A DNA stretch of 64,000 nt, from the NCBI GenBank assembly GCA_963845085.1, contig CAWJQI010000005.1, positions 64,502-128,501 of the forward strand. Direction: 5' to 3'. The notes beneath the pieces are model-generated. The model saw only the letters and a list, made by a program, of their open reading frames with translations. It was not told where the DNA came from and searched no databases. Position numbers and translations under genes: made by a program. Positions within the stretch are counted from its first letter, which is position 1; every line of letters begins with the position of its first letter. Origin of the DNA: Candidatus Fermentibacterota bacterium (GTDB lineage: Bacteria > Fermentibacterota > Fermentibacteria > Fermentibacterales > JCC-6). This document shows positions 23,390 through 33,680 of the stretch, one piece after another.

Positions 23390-25605
23390 CGCCTCATCCT
23401 TTCGTAGATCCAGACCGATCGCTGGACATTCTTAACATATAGCCTTGTTTCCCTGAAAGTGATCTGCTCGATGAAAAGCTCCTGGTCGGCGGGATCCCAG
23501 CCATGGGTCTCGACCCATCGCGAAGCGTTGCCCGGACCTGCGTTGTACGCCGCCAGAAACAGCGGGGAATGGCCGAAGCTGTTCATCTGCCTGTTCACAT
23601 AGATACTCCCGTAGCGCAGCGAGTATTCCGGCGAGAAGAAATCGTCTCCCGACAACCGGGGCAACCCGTTCCACCTCGCGACATCCCCGGCGGTGCCCGG
23701 CATGAGCTGGATCAGCCCTGTCGCACCGACGCTGGACCGGGCGAACCTGTTGAAATAGCTCTCATCCCTCGATATCCCCTCGATCCAGCAGGGCTCGACA
23801 GAAAGCCCGTCGACCGCCTGGGTTATCAAATCATGATACGGACACGGGAAGTACCATCCGAGCATGCTGTCCGGAAGGATGCCCCGATTCCCCTCCCTCA
23901 GCTCGGTATCCCATTCACGCATCATCCCGATGCTCGCCCCGTGCTGCCCGAGAAGCCCGAGTGCGGCGGCGCCGTATCCCCTGTCCCCCGCACCGGTTGA
24001 AAGCATCTCCACGGCGAGCGTTCCGTACCCGGAGCCGACAAGCTCGATGGCGAGTGCGGTCTCGGGTGAGTCTGCAAGCACGGGCGAGAATACCGTGAAT
24101 TCAAGCGGGGAGGATATTCCCAGCCTTTCCGCCGCCAGCATGCCGTAATACTCCCATGGGTGCTCCGCGGCCACCTTCCGGAGAAGCTGGTTTTCAAACT
24201 CTCTGTTGCCCTTCCTGTTGGCATACCTCGCCCGCCAGAAAAGCATTTCATCCCGCCAGTATCCGTAAGGCCAGCGATCTATGGCAGCGGCCCACAATGA
24301 GTCGCCCGTTGCGCCCCTTCCGTTCATGTAGAGGCAGAAACCCGCCCTCCAGTGACCGCGTTCCTCCGCCTCGTAGGTTCCTTCAGCCCGAAGACCTGCC
24401 AGATACGCATCGGCTGCAGCGGCCCACTCCTGTTCGCAGTCGTAGTACACTCCTGCCAGGTACCCGGCTTCGGGTGCGGTCGGATGCCATGGGTACGTCC
24501 TTGCGAAATCGACGTAAGCAGCCCATGCCTCGGCGTCCCTGTCGAGGTTTCGCAGCGCACGGGCCCGGAAAAGGGCGGCCCGTCCGCGAAGCTCCTCGGA
24601 GGAACCCGCAGGTATTGCCGCGCAGTAGGCGAGCAGGTCGGAACTTCTGTCCAGCGCCCTCAGCCGGGCCATCTCGACACCCATGGCGAACTCACCACCG
24701 CGGGAGGCGGCGACAGGTGCGGCAAGGGAGCCCAGGCCGTTGTCGTAGAGGATGTCGACCACACGCCAGTCAACATCAGCCGGATATTTCGAAGTGATCA
24801 CCTCGGCTGCGGTGCGCCTCATCGCGGGGATGGAAAGCATCCCGAGCCACTCCTCGCGGCTGCCTGTGCCCCTTGCCTGCATCCGGCCGGCCTGGAGTTC
24901 CGCCCCTCCCTGTGTCGTGAGATCGGGATCGAGAAGCTTCAGCGCCGACTCCCACCACTCCGCCGATGTGTTCATGGTCAGCCGGAGCTCGGTGCGCACC
25001 CTTGCGCCCAGAGTCGTGGGGAAAAGCTGTGCATCCTGTGCAGCCACAGCTATCTGGAGGGGCGTCAGGCTGCCTGCGTCGGACAGGAGCACCCGCACCG
25101 TTCTCTCCGCATGGCCGTCGGGTGCGGGGATTACCCTCTGCGGGAGGGCTTCGGGGTTCCCGCGGCGGAGCCACGCCTCGAGAAGGTAGTCATCGCCGAC
25201 GAGGGAGATCGCCTGGTCGTTCATCCTGTTCATCTCCATGACGGAGATCTTCCAGCCCGTGACGTCCCCCCAGCCGCGGTCGGACAGGCTGTCGAGAACC
25301 GAAATGCAGTGTTCAGGCATGCCCCTGCCGTTGTAGCAGCCGACGAACCTCCAGAGGAAGTCACCCCTGAGTGCTGCGGGGCTTCCCATGTTCGACCACA
25401 TGCTCCGAAGCTGCCTCACTGCTGCGTCCTGGTGCCCCAGCTGGATCAACGAATCAACGGTCTGAAAGGGGCTCTCTCTTCCGGGAAAAGTGGCTTCGGC
25501 GCCATCCGCTTCCTCGGAGACCACCCTGCACCCCGCCGTACAAACGACAAGTGCGACAAGAAAGATCTGCAATCTCAACAACAACCTCCAGGGATCGAGC
25601 GGCAA
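23386..25605 (-). CDS. soluble lytic murein transglycosylase (Slt70-like) lipoprotein
   Basis: Lipoprotein signal (LVALVVCTAGC), a long superhelical N-terminal region, and a C-terminal SLT domain (ISRDESYFNRFARSSVGATGLIQLMPGTA...AAYNAGPGNASRW). Confidence 0.8.
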   Translation of the reverse strand: MPLDPWRLLLRLQIFLVALVVCTAGCRVVSEEADGAEATFPGRESPFQTVDSLIQLGHQDAAVRQLRSMWSNMGSPAALRGDFLWRFVGCYNGRGMPEHCISVLDSLSDRGWGDVTGWKISVMEMNRMNDQAISLVGDDYLLEAWLRRGNPEALPQRVIPAPDGHAERTVRVLLSDAGSLTPLQIAVAAQDAQLFPTTLGARVRTELRLTMNTSAEWWESALKLLDPDLTTQGGAELQAGRMQARGTGSREEWLGMLSIPAMRRTAAEVITSKYPADVDWRVVDILYDNGLGSLAAPVAASRGGEFAMGVEMARLRALDRSSDLLAYCAAIPAGSSEELRGRAALFRARALRNLDRDAEAWAAYVDFARTYPWHPTAPEAGYLAGVYYDCEQEWAAAADAYLAGLRAEGTYEAEERGHWRAGFCLYMNGRGATGDSLWAAAIDRWPYGYWRDEMLFWRARYANRKGNREFENQLLRKVAAEHPWEYYGMLAAERLGISSPLEFTVFSPVLADSPETALAIELVGSGYGTLAVEMLSTGAGDRGYGAAALGLLGQHGASIGMMREWDTELREGNRGILPDSMLGWYFPCPYHDLITQAVDGLSVEPCWIEGISRDESYFNRFARSSVGATGLIQLMPGTAGDVARWNGLPRLSGDDFFSPEYSLRYGSIYVNRQMNSFGHSPLFLAAYNAGPGNASRWVETHGWDPADQELFIEQITFRETRLYVKNVQRSVWIYERMRR

Positions 25606-25614
25606 TGCCCCGCC

Positions 25615-27096
25615 CTAATGCAGGAAATGCCTCACACCTGTGAATACCATAGCCATGCCGTGCTGGTTGCATGCCTCGATGACCTCTTCGTCGCGTATGG
25701 AGCCTCCGGGCTGAATTATGGCCTTCACGCCGGCATCCGCCGCAGCATCGGGACCGTCGCGGAACGGAAAGTAGGCGTCGCTTGCGAGCACCGATCCTGC
25801 AAGGTCGTTTCCCTCCCTCAGGGCCCTTCTGATCGCCAGATCGAGGCTCTCCACCCTGCTGGGCTGCCCGATCCCGACGCCGAGCGCGCCCTTCTCGTCG
25901 CCGATAACGATGGCGTTGCTCTTGACGCCCTTCACTATCCGCCAGGCGATGTCGAGGGCTTCGATCTCTCTCCCGGTCGGCTTTCTCCCGGTTACGGTGG
26001 TCCAGGTTGAAGGGGGTTCGAGGGAGCAGTCCTGCTCCTGGAGCATGAAACCTCCCCAGATGCTTTTGATCGTCGGGGATGTATCGCGGCCGGGTTTCAG
26101 CCGGATAATCCTCAGGTTCGTTCGTTTCAGAAGCCTTTTCAGGGCATCCTCCTCGTAGTCGGGCGCAATTATCACTTCGAGGAAAAGCTCTTTCAGCCTC
26201 GCGGTGAGTTCGGCATCAATGACCCTGTTGCATGCGAGGATACCGCCGTAGGGGCTTTGCCTGTCGGCCCTGAAGGCGTTCTCGAATGCCTCGGTCGGGT
26301 TCGAGCCCACTCCCGCGCCGCACGGGTTGCCGTGCTTGAGAAGGATGACTCCGGCCCGGTCTTCAGGGAGGTCGGCAGCCAGGGCGCACGCAGCGGATGC
26401 ATCGGCGTAGTTGTTATAGCTCATGGCCTTGCCCCCCGGTATCCCGGCCACGGCAAAACCCCTCGAGGGTTCGGTGAAATGGATCGCAGCCTTCTGATGG
26501 GGGTTTTCGCCATACCTGAGCGCCGGCACCAATCCCTCCTCGAGCTTCATGGCCACCTGCTGGTCATAGGCGCTGGTTATGCCGAAGGTTCGGGCGGCCA
26601 TCCTCCTTCTGAACTCGGGGGTGTTGCCGCCGTTCGCGAGCGCCGAGAGCACCTCGGGAAAACAGTCGGGACCCAGCGCACTCACCACGTGAACCCAGTT
26701 CTTTGCGGCGGCCCTTGCCATTGTGGGCCCTCCGACGTCAACCAGCTCGATGGTCTCGACGGAATCGGCAGGAAGGTCGAGCGCCTTGTGGAAAGGGTAG
26801 TAGTCCACGGCAACAACATCGAAGGTGACCCTGCCCTCATCGTTTCTTTGGTCGCGGTCGATGCCCGAGGCGAGTATTGCGGCGTGAAGCTCGGGGTGCA
26901 GGGTCTTAACCCGTCCCCCGAGAAGCGAAACGATGCCCGTTATTGTCTCGGTGGGAGTGACGGGAATACCTGCGGACTCGATGGCAACCGCGGTCCCGCC
27001 CGAGGCATAGAGGCTGAAGCCGAGACCGTGAAGCCCTTCCGCGAACTCCTTCAGCCCGGTCTTGTCATAAACGCTGATGAGGGCTGCCTTAGCCAT
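25615..27096 (-). CDS. purH: bifunctional AICAR transformylase / IMP cyclohydrolase PurH
   Basis: [22 protein letters not shown]...GGTA...[15 protein letters not shown]...KHGNPCG... runs full length. Start is taken at MAKAAL (27096). Confidence 0.95.
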   Translation of the reverse strand: MAKAALISVYDKTGLKEFAEGLHGLGFSLYASGGTAVAIESAGIPVTPTETITGIVSLLGGRVKTLHPELHAAILASGIDRDQRNDEGRVTFDVVAVDYYPFHKALDLPADSVETIELVDVGGPTMARAAAKNWVHVVSALGPDCFPEVLSALANGGNTPEFRRRMAARTFGITSAYDQQVAMKLEEGLVPALRYGENPHQKAAIHFTEPSRGFAVAGIPGGKAMSYNNYADASAACALAADLPEDRAGVILLKHGNPCGAGVGSNPTEAFENAFRADRQSPYGGILACNRVIDAELTARLKELFLEVIIAPDYEEDALKRLLKRTNLRIIRLKPGRDTSPTIKSIWGGFMLQEQDCSLEPPSTWTTVTGRKPTGREIEALDIAWRIVKGVKSNAIVIGDEKGALGVGIGQPSRVESLDLAIRRALREGNDLAGSVLASDAYFPFRDGPDAAADAGVKAIIQPGGSIRDEEVIEACNQHGMAMVFTGVRHFLH

Positions 27097-27841
27097 TGTC
27101 CCGGAACCACCTTTCCGCATTGAACGAGGGGATCGGGCAGCGCTTGTGATGGCTTGCACCGTGAAGCCGCTCGATCGTGGCAGCGGCCTCCTTCGAGACC
27201 GACTGCGCCCCCTCCGTGAAGTACCGCCTTATGTCTCCGTAACTCACGCCCATCTCGCCCTCGTCGCTCTGACCGGGCCAGAGCCCGGCCGAGGGAACCC
27301 GTTCAATGGTCCATCCGGGCAGACCGAGAGCCTCCGCAAGCTTCGCAACCTGATCCTTGTAGAGGCCGACGAGCGGGTGGAAATCAGCCACGCCGTCACC
27401 CCATTTGGTCCAGTAGCCGGCAAGGTACTCGGACCTGTTGGATGTGCCGGCCACAAGCCTTCGACCCGAGTGGGCGTAGACAGTGGCCATCCGAATCCTC
27501 GCCTTCAGGTTCCCCATCGAGAGCCTGTCGGATCCGTCGAGCCCCGCGGAAAGCACCAGCTCACCGACAACCTTTTCAAGGTTTACGACTTTTCTATCGA
27601 TGCCGAGAAAGTCAGCAATTCTTTGACCGTCGCGCTCGTCGTCCGGGTGGTTGCCGCACGGCATCATTATCCCGAGGACATTCCCGGCCCCTATCGCCCC
27701 GGCACAGAGCGCTGCGCTGACGCAGCTGTCCAGACCGCCGCTCAGACCGAGAACTATCCCCTGCGCCCCGGCGCACTTCACGGTTTCGCCAATCCAGGCC
27801 TGCATTGCGCTTGAAAGGCTTTTGTAAATGTAGTCCTTCAT
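27089..27841 (-). CDS. nadE: ammonia-dependent NAD+ synthetase NadE
   Basis: PP-loop (GLSGGLDSCVSAALC), and size and motifs (GTSNRSEYLAGYWTKWGDG) typical of NadE. Confidence 0.9.
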   Translation of the reverse strand: MKDYIYKSLSSAMQAWIGETVKCAGAQGIVLGLSGGLDSCVSAALCAGAIGAGNVLGIMMPCGNHPDDERDGQRIADFLGIDRKVVNLEKVVGELVLSAGLDGSDRLSMGNLKARIRMATVYAHSGRRLVAGTSNRSEYLAGYWTKWGDGVADFHPLVGLYKDQVAKLAEALGLPGWTIERVPSAGLWPGQSDEGEMGVSYGDIRRYFTEGAQSVSKEAAATIERLHGASHHKRCPIPSFNAERWFRDNG

Positions 27842-29898
27842 TCGGCACTCCTGTCCGGAACCGGCGTGAGTGTCAGCCGTCTTTGAAGAGGGTCGGCCTC
27901 GAGAACAGCCACTGATACCTGCATACCGGGTGTTCCTCCCCCGGAAAGCCTGACGGAGGCCCTGCGCAGGATCGGGCCGGGTATGAAACCCTCGACCGGA
28001 ACGTCAAGCAGCCGCACGAACACACCAAAGTCCTTCACGTCGCTGATCATTCCCCTGAACACGCTGCCCCGCCTTCCTGAGAGGAAAAGAAGCGCCATGA
28101 GTTCAACGGAATCCCACTCCGCGAGTGAGGCCCTTCGTTCAAGGGCGCTGCACGTCTCGGCAAGCGAGTTCATGTTCCTGTCGCCGTCGGCGATCCCGGC
28201 CTTCTCGTACTGGGCGAGGGCCTGGTGGACCACCAGGTCAGGATAGCGGCGGATCGGGCTGGTGAAGTGCATGTAGCTGTCCAGCGCAAGGCCGTAGTGA
28301 CCCATGTTGGACGGGCTGTAGACTGCCTTCTGCAGGGCCCTGAGCGAGGCTTCCCGGATGAGCGGCCACTGGGGCAGCTTCCGGGCTCTTTGCAGCATGG
28401 CTGCGTACTCAAGGGGTTCCGGTACCCCTTTCCTCCCGAAACCGATCTCGTACACGGAAAGTATGCCCCTCAGATTGTCCATCGAGTCGGGGGTGGGGTC
28501 TCCGTGGATTCGGTAGAGCACGGGGAGTTCGAGCCATTTGCAGTAGTCCGCCACCGCCCTGTTGGCCTCGACCATGAAATTCTCGATCATTCCGTGTGCC
28601 ATGTCATCGGGAACGGGATCGAAGGCTTCCGGCATCCCGTCTCCGCCGAACCGGGTCCTGAATTCGACCGAGCCGAGGTCGAGGGCTCCCCTCTCACCCT
28701 TTCTCCCCTCGAGAATGCGGTTCAGCCCGAGAATGGTCATGAACAGGGCCTCAAGCTCAGGGTCGCCAGTGAATTCGCCCTTCATCAGGTCGAGCGCCTG
28801 TTCGTATGTCAGCCTTCTTCTGGAGCGGATGACAGATGGCCTGATCGAGAAATCTGTGCGCCTGCCTGCCTCGTCGAAGTCCATGAATACCGTTCTCGTG
28901 AGCCGGTCTTCGTCGGGGCGGAGACTGCACGCGCCGTTCGACAACACCTCGGGAATCATCGGGATCACGCGGTCCGGCAGGTAGACGCTTGTGCCCCTGG
29001 CCCTGGCTTCTGCGTCGACCATGGAGCCGGGGGGGGCATAGAATGCGACGTCGGCGATGTGGACACCGAGGCGGTACCCGCCTTGGGGCAGAACTTCGAC
29101 CGAGACAGCATCATCGAAATCCCGCGCATCGACGGGATCGACCGTGATGGTGAACAGCTGCCGAAGGTCAAGCCTCTCCGTCTGGAGCGCCCCCTTCATG
29201 GCCGCCTGTTCAGCCTCTTCCAGAACCCCGTCCATGAAACGGCCCGGAAGATTCTTGTCGGCGCATACCGCATCGATGAGTGCTGTCGGGGATTCCGCCC
29301 CCCCCAGCGTTTCATCCAGTGTCGCCCGGGGTCGCGAACCTCTGAAGTCAAGCCGGCCCGTTATGATCTTGCCGGCCTCCACCTGTTTGTTGTCGGTATC
29401 GAGAAGGATCCCCCTCGGGAGCCTCGGGTCAACGGGGTCGATGACCCAACCGTCCCCCGCGCGCCTCGACACGCCGGCGATCCTGGTCTGAGCCCTTTCA
29501 AGAATTTCGGTGACCCGGCCCTTGTAACTGCGAAGGTCGGGCAGGGGTTCAAGAACCCTCACCATGACCCGGTCTCCGTGCCACGCACCAATGGTGTCCC
29601 TGGAGTCGATGTTCACCTGTTCGCCGCCCGCAAGCCTCACCCTCGCCGAGCCGTCGGTCCTCGAGATCAGTTCTCCCACGGCGAGACCGAGAGTTTCTAT
29701 GAGGGCGAAGGCACCCTTGCCGGAACGCCTGATCCTGCCCTCCCTGATCAACTCATCGAGGGCTCCGTCCACATCCCGCAGCTCCGGCGGAAGCCGTTTT
29801 CTGATGGCCTTTACATCAAGCCTGCCGCCATTCCCAAGCAATGCCAGGATGGCCGCAACGGTGTCACCCGGCATCGGACACTCCCTCCAGAAGGGCAT
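27838..29898 (-). CDS. rnr: ribonuclease R (RNB-family 3'-5' exoribonuclease)
   Basis: RNB domain (FTITVDPVDARDFDDAVSV, HIADVAFY, SVYLPDRVIPMIPEVLSNGACSL, HYGLALDSYMHFTSPIRRYPDLVVH) and a C-terminal S1 domain. Confidence 0.9.
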   Translation of the reverse strand: MPFWRECPMPGDTVAAILALLGNGGRLDVKAIRKRLPPELRDVDGALDELIREGRIRRSGKGAFALIETLGLAVGELISRTDGSARVRLAGGEQVNIDSRDTIGAWHGDRVMVRVLEPLPDLRSYKGRVTEILERAQTRIAGVSRRAGDGWVIDPVDPRLPRGILLDTDNKQVEAGKIITGRLDFRGSRPRATLDETLGGAESPTALIDAVCADKNLPGRFMDGVLEEAEQAAMKGALQTERLDLRQLFTITVDPVDARDFDDAVSVEVLPQGGYRLGVHIADVAFYAPPGSMVDAEARARGTSVYLPDRVIPMIPEVLSNGACSLRPDEDRLTRTVFMDFDEAGRRTDFSIRPSVIRSRRRLTYEQALDLMKGEFTGDPELEALFMTILGLNRILEGRKGERGALDLGSVEFRTRFGGDGMPEAFDPVPDDMAHGMIENFMVEANRAVADYCKWLELPVLYRIHGDPTPDSMDNLRGILSVYEIGFGRKGVPEPLEYAAMLQRARKLPQWPLIREASLRALQKAVYSPSNMGHYGLALDSYMHFTSPIRRYPDLVVHQALAQYEKAGIADGDRNMNSLAETCSALERRASLAEWDSVELMALLFLSGRRGSVFRGMISDVKDFGVFVRLLDVPVEGFIPGPILRRASVRLSGGGTPGMQVSVAVLEADPLQRRLTLTPVPDRSAE

Positions 29899-30628
29899 GC
29901 CCTTCGGCGCTGGACCGCTGTTCGACCCTCAGCAGAAGGCCGGCCCTCCCGGCGAGCCCTCCCGCAGAGCAGATGACCGTTCTGGCCATCTCGCTGCCGG
30001 GGAGCATGGGTTCGCCTGAACCAGTCGGGCGTTTCCAGCCTATCCTCAGGGCCCCGTTCACACGGCCGCAATCAATCGAGCCCGTGCCGCCGAGGCAGAG
30101 AACCGACCATGTCCCAATTCCGAGAAGGGCTCCGAATGCGGCCGAGGGGTCACCGCTCGGAGGGGCGTCCATATCCTCGAGGGATGTGACACCGCTCGTG
30201 TCAATGCTCCTGCCGCTGGCAAGCTGAATGAATCGGACCAGCCGCGCCAGCGGTTTAACTGCCGAGGCCGCCCTTTCAAGGTTTGGATGGGTGGTCTCGG
30301 AGAGGTCTCTCAGGAAGCGGGTCACGGCGCCCGCTGATTCCGCGGCTTCCCTTACCTTCGGGATGGCCCTTGTCACGTTGTCAGGCAGGAACATGGACGC
30401 CAGTTCCGCGTTGCCGAGGACACCGACGAGCATGTTGTTGAGATTGTGGATGTTGTATGGCAGGAGCAGTCCGACGAAGGCGTTGGCGGTCATTCTCTGG
30501 TTGCCGGGTTCAGCGGCGGCCCTTATCACCGGTATGAGTTCGGGTGTAATCCCCTCCATGCAGATCCCCGGAAGGTTCGGCAGTCCGACGCCTATCGTCA
30601 GGCCGTCGGAGGTTTTGAAGCTGTTCAT
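29864..30628 (-). CDS. histidine-kinase-like protein (HisKA H-box present, ATP-binding domain degenerate)
   Basis: The H-box-like element YNIHNLNNMLVGVLGNAELAS resembles HDxNNxLxxIxGxxEL. The C-terminal half has kinase-like spacing but no recognisable N/G1/G2 boxes. The ATG at 30628 overlaps the rarA stop (ATGA). Confidence 0.45.
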   Translation of the reverse strand: MNSFKTSDGLTIGVGLPNLPGICMEGITPELIPVIRAAAEPGNQRMTANAFVGLLLPYNIHNLNNMLVGVLGNAELASMFLPDNVTRAIPKVREAAESAGAVTRFLRDLSETTHPNLERAASAVKPLARLVRFIQLASGRSIDTSGVTSLEDMDAPPSGDPSAAFGALLGIGTWSVLCLGGTGSIDCGRVNGALRIGWKRPTGSGEPMLPGSEMARTVICSAGGLAGRAGLLLRVEQRSSAEGHALLEGVSDAG

Positions 30629-31950
30629 TCCTCCCCCTTCCGCCTTGCGGCGTTCCTTCGTTCCTTCCACTCCGAAAGCAGCTCGGTTATCCTTGCTTCG
30701 CGGCCGTTCAGGCCCGGCCTGTAGACTTCCTGTTCAGGGAGACCGTCCGGAAAATTGGAGTGGGTGACAAGCCCGTCCTTCTCATCATGGGCGTACTGGT
30801 ACCCCTTCCCGTAGTCCAGGTTCTTCATGAGGGATGTGGGCGCGTTCCTCAGGTGCAGCGGCACCGGGAGGCTCCCCTGCCCTTCTGAAAGCCCCCTCGC
30901 CCTGCCCCATGCCGTGTATACCGAATTGGATTTCGGTGCAAGGGCCAGGTAGATCACGGCCTCGGCAAGCGCAAGGTCACCCTCGGGTGATCCGAGAAAA
31001 CGGTAGCAGTCCACCGCCCTCATCGCAACAGTAAGGGCTGAAGGGTCGGCCATCCCGACGTCCTCGGTAGCGAACCTGACGATCCTGCGGCCAATGTAGA
31101 GGGGGTCATCCCCGGAATCGATCATCCGGGCAAGCCAGTAGAGGGCGGCATCGACATCGCTTGATCTGAGGGATTTGTGGAGTGCGCTTATGTGGTTGAA
31201 GTGCTCATCTCCGCTTCGGTCGTAGAGAAGCGGTGCCGATCTGAGAACATCCCTGGCCGTCTCCAGCGTAACCGTTCCGCCGGCCGAGCTGCCCGCAACC
31301 GTTTCCAGCAGGTTCAGGGCGCGCCTTGCGTCGCCGTCGGCTGCAAGTGCAAGCACTCGTATAACTTCTGTCGGAACCACGGCATCATGCCTGCCCTTGA
31401 ACACCGGGTGTGCGACAGCCCTCTCAAGAAGGGAACAGAGCCCGTCCGTCCCGATCGCCCTGAGCACGTACACGGCGCACCTGCTGAGGAGTGGGGCGTT
31501 TACATGAAACGACGGGTTTTCAGTGGTGGCGCCGCACAGCCTTATCGTACCGTTCTCGACATGCGGCAGGAAGGCGTCCTGCTGTGCCCTGTTGAACCTG
31601 TGTATCTCATCCACGAAGAGCATCGTTGCACCGCCCGACTTGCGGAGTTCGGCCGCCTGTGCAACTATCTTCCTCACGTCGGCCACTCCGCCCGTCACTG
31701 CACTGAACCTTATGAAGACCTCACCCCCCCTGGCCGCCACGGCCAGGGCAAGGGTTGTCTTTCCCGTGCCCGGAGGACCCCAGAGTATGAACGAGCCCAT
31801 CGAGCCGGTTTCCAGAGCCCTCCGAAAGGGTGCGCCTGGTGACAGCAGGTGATCCTGTCCGACAATGTCACTGAGTCCATCCGGCCTCAGCGCTTCCGCA
31901 AGGGGTGTGTCGGAGGGGTTCTGAAAGAGATTTCCATTCATGGGAGGCAT
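30625..31950 (-). CDS. rarA: replication-associated recombination protein A (AAA+ ATPase RarA/MgsA)
   Basis: GPPGTGKTTLA, FVDEIHRFNRAQQDAFLPHVE, a MgsA C-terminal domain (HFNHISALHKSLRSSDVDAALYWLARM), and YQYAHD. Confidence 0.9.
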   Translation of the reverse strand: MPPMNGNLFQNPSDTPLAEALRPDGLSDIVGQDHLLSPGAPFRRALETGSMGSFILWGPPGTGKTTLALAVAARGGEVFIRFSAVTGGVADVRKIVAQAAELRKSGGATMLFVDEIHRFNRAQQDAFLPHVENGTIRLCGATTENPSFHVNAPLLSRCAVYVLRAIGTDGLCSLLERAVAHPVFKGRHDAVVPTEVIRVLALAADGDARRALNLLETVAGSSAGGTVTLETARDVLRSAPLLYDRSGDEHFNHISALHKSLRSSDVDAALYWLARMIDSGDDPLYIGRRIVRFATEDVGMADPSALTVAMRAVDCYRFLGSPEGDLALAEAVIYLALAPKSNSVYTAWGRARGLSEGQGSLPVPLHLRNAPTSLMKNLDYGKGYQYAHDEKDGLVTHSNFPDGLPEQEVYRPGLNGREARITELLSEWKERRNAARRKGEE

Positions 31951-31978
31951 TATAGAAAGCCGGAAGCGAATGTGCTAC

Positions 31979-32003
31979 AAAAAGGGGGCGCCGAAGCGCC
32001 CCC
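31979..32003 (-). terminator. canonical intrinsic terminator after the 32022-33011 gene
   Basis: On the minus strand it reads GGGGGCGC-TTCG-GCGCCCCC followed by TTTTT. Confidence 0.75.
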
Positions 32004-32021
32004 CTCTGCAGGAAAGCCGGG

Positions 32022-33011
32022 CTATGGCTGGGCCGGAGCCTGCTGCATGAGGCTGCGAAGCATCATTGCCGCGGGGATGGTCTGGGTTGCGGGTTCCGGC
32101 ATGAGGTCTTCGGCGCCATCGAACCCGAATCCGCTTACGAACACGCGGCGGGGTTCCCCGGTGGGGTCGATGGGCGTAACGGTTGCGCCCGCTATCGGGA
32201 TCAGCGGAAGGGCGTTGCTGAAGGTGAGTGCGATCGAGCCCTCTTCCGGGTGGGTGATGGTGAGCACGAGGCAGTCGAGGTTTTCGTTCGCCACGAGCTG
32301 CTCGCTGTGTTCAAGGAGGAACTCGGCCTCCTGAACCCTGGCGGCGAACTCCTGGAAGCTCGAGTCGGGTTCGGCGGATATGCCCCCGGCCTGGCTGAGC
32401 ATGTCGGGATTATTGGCAAGCTCCTCTTCGACGAGTTCAGCAACCCCGGTCATGTCGATGGCGATTATCTGATCCTCCGATTTGATTCTCATCATCTTTA
32501 TGGACCTGACAAAAGTCAGCAGCCGTTCCGGATCGTCCTCGGGCATGAAGAGGTTGCCGAAGTCGCCTTCAGCCATGTTGGCGCTGAGCCATGCCTCGGG
32601 ATCGTCGCCCATTTCCTCGAGGAAGACACGCATGTCGTCCTTGAGGGTGTCGAACATTACCTGGTCGACAAGCACCTGGAAGACGACGTCTTCCATGGAA
32701 ATCTGGTACCAGAGGCAGGAAATGCCCTCGACTTCCTCGCTTCTGAGGACAGCTATCGAAAATTCGCCCTCTTCCGTATCGCTCTGGAAGGTGATCCACT
32801 GACCGGGGGCGGCCTCGGGCATCTCGTCCATCACGCTGAGGAAACCTTCGGATGCTTCCCCGAGAACTGCATCGGCGTCGCCCGCAATGGGTCCCTCGAC
32901 AACCGGTTCTTCCTCTTCGGTCACAACCGGCGCCGGGCTCTCGCCGCAGCCGGAAACCAGCATCATCGCCGCAGTGAGCAGCACTGGCATCATCGCTCTG
33001 CGAAACAGCAT
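32022..33011 (-). CDS. acidic hypothetical lipoprotein
   Basis: Lipobox (LTAAMMLVSGCGES). The protein is very Asp/Glu-rich and I recognise no domain. It is followed by a clean terminator. Confidence 0.55.
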   Translation of the reverse strand: MLFRRAMMPVLLTAAMMLVSGCGESPAPVVTEEEEPVVEGPIAGDADAVLGEASEGFLSVMDEMPEAAPGQWITFQSDTEEGEFSIAVLRSEEVEGISCLWYQISMEDVVFQVLVDQVMFDTLKDDMRVFLEEMGDDPEAWLSANMAEGDFGNLFMPEDDPERLLTFVRSIKMMRIKSEDQIIAIDMTGVAELVEEELANNPDMLSQAGGISAEPDSSFQEFAARVQEAEFLLEHSEQLVANENLDCLVLTITHPEEGSIALTFSNALPLIPIAGATVTPIDPTGEPRRVFVSGFGFDGAEDLMPEPATQTIPAAMMLRSLMQQAPAQP

Positions 33012-33137
33012 TCGAACTCCTTTCGTTTTGCAGTTTTTTTAAAGCCGTAACTCATTCAGCACCCGCACCGCATGCAGCGGCAAAAACCGTAGCTGACGGC
33101 GCAGATGCCACCATACTAAGGCGGAGATGAACCGATC

Positions 33138-33680
33138 CTACTCGTCAACCTCGATCTCCATGAGCGAAAAGACGGGAAGCCCTCCCTCCCTGAGCCTTGA
33201 GCTTCCGCCGAGAGTGATAAGGTCTATGACAAAGGCCGCGGCAACCGGTGTGGAGCCGTCCCTTGTTATAAGTGAAGCCGCTGCCGCAGCGCTTCCGCCG
33301 GTTGCCACAAGGTCGTCAACTATCAGCACCCTGCTTCCCCCGGGAAGCGCATTCCTGTGCATCTCTACGGCGTTGGTGCCGTATTCGAGGGTGTACTCCT
33401 CCTGCAGGGTTGCAGCGGGCAGTTTCCCCGGTTTTCTGATCAGTACGAGGGGGACGCCGCGCCTGGCCGCAAGAACTCCGCCGAAAACGAAACCGCGCGA
33501 TTCGATTGAGGCTACGGCGTTGAACACAACCCCCCGCAGAGCGTTCTCAAGATGGGTGACGACATCGCCAAGCGCTCCCGGTTCTGTCAGCAGGGTGGTG
33601 ATGTCCTTGAACTGGATGCCCTTGATCGGGAAATCAGGAACGTTCCTTACCAGTCCTTCAAGCTCCTTGATGCTTCGCAT
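33138..33680 (-). CDS. apt: adenine phosphoribosyltransferase
   Basis: VPDFPIKGIQFKDIT, plus the PRPP-binding loop VLIVDDLVATGGS. Confidence 0.9.
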   Translation of the reverse strand: MRSIKELEGLVRNVPDFPIKGIQFKDITTLLTEPGALGDVVTHLENALRGVVFNAVASIESRGFVFGGVLAARRGVPLVLIRKPGKLPAATLQEEYTLEYGTNAVEMHRNALPGGSRVLIVDDLVATGGSAAAAASLITRDGSTPVAAAFVIDLITLGGSSRLREGGLPVFSLMEIEVDE

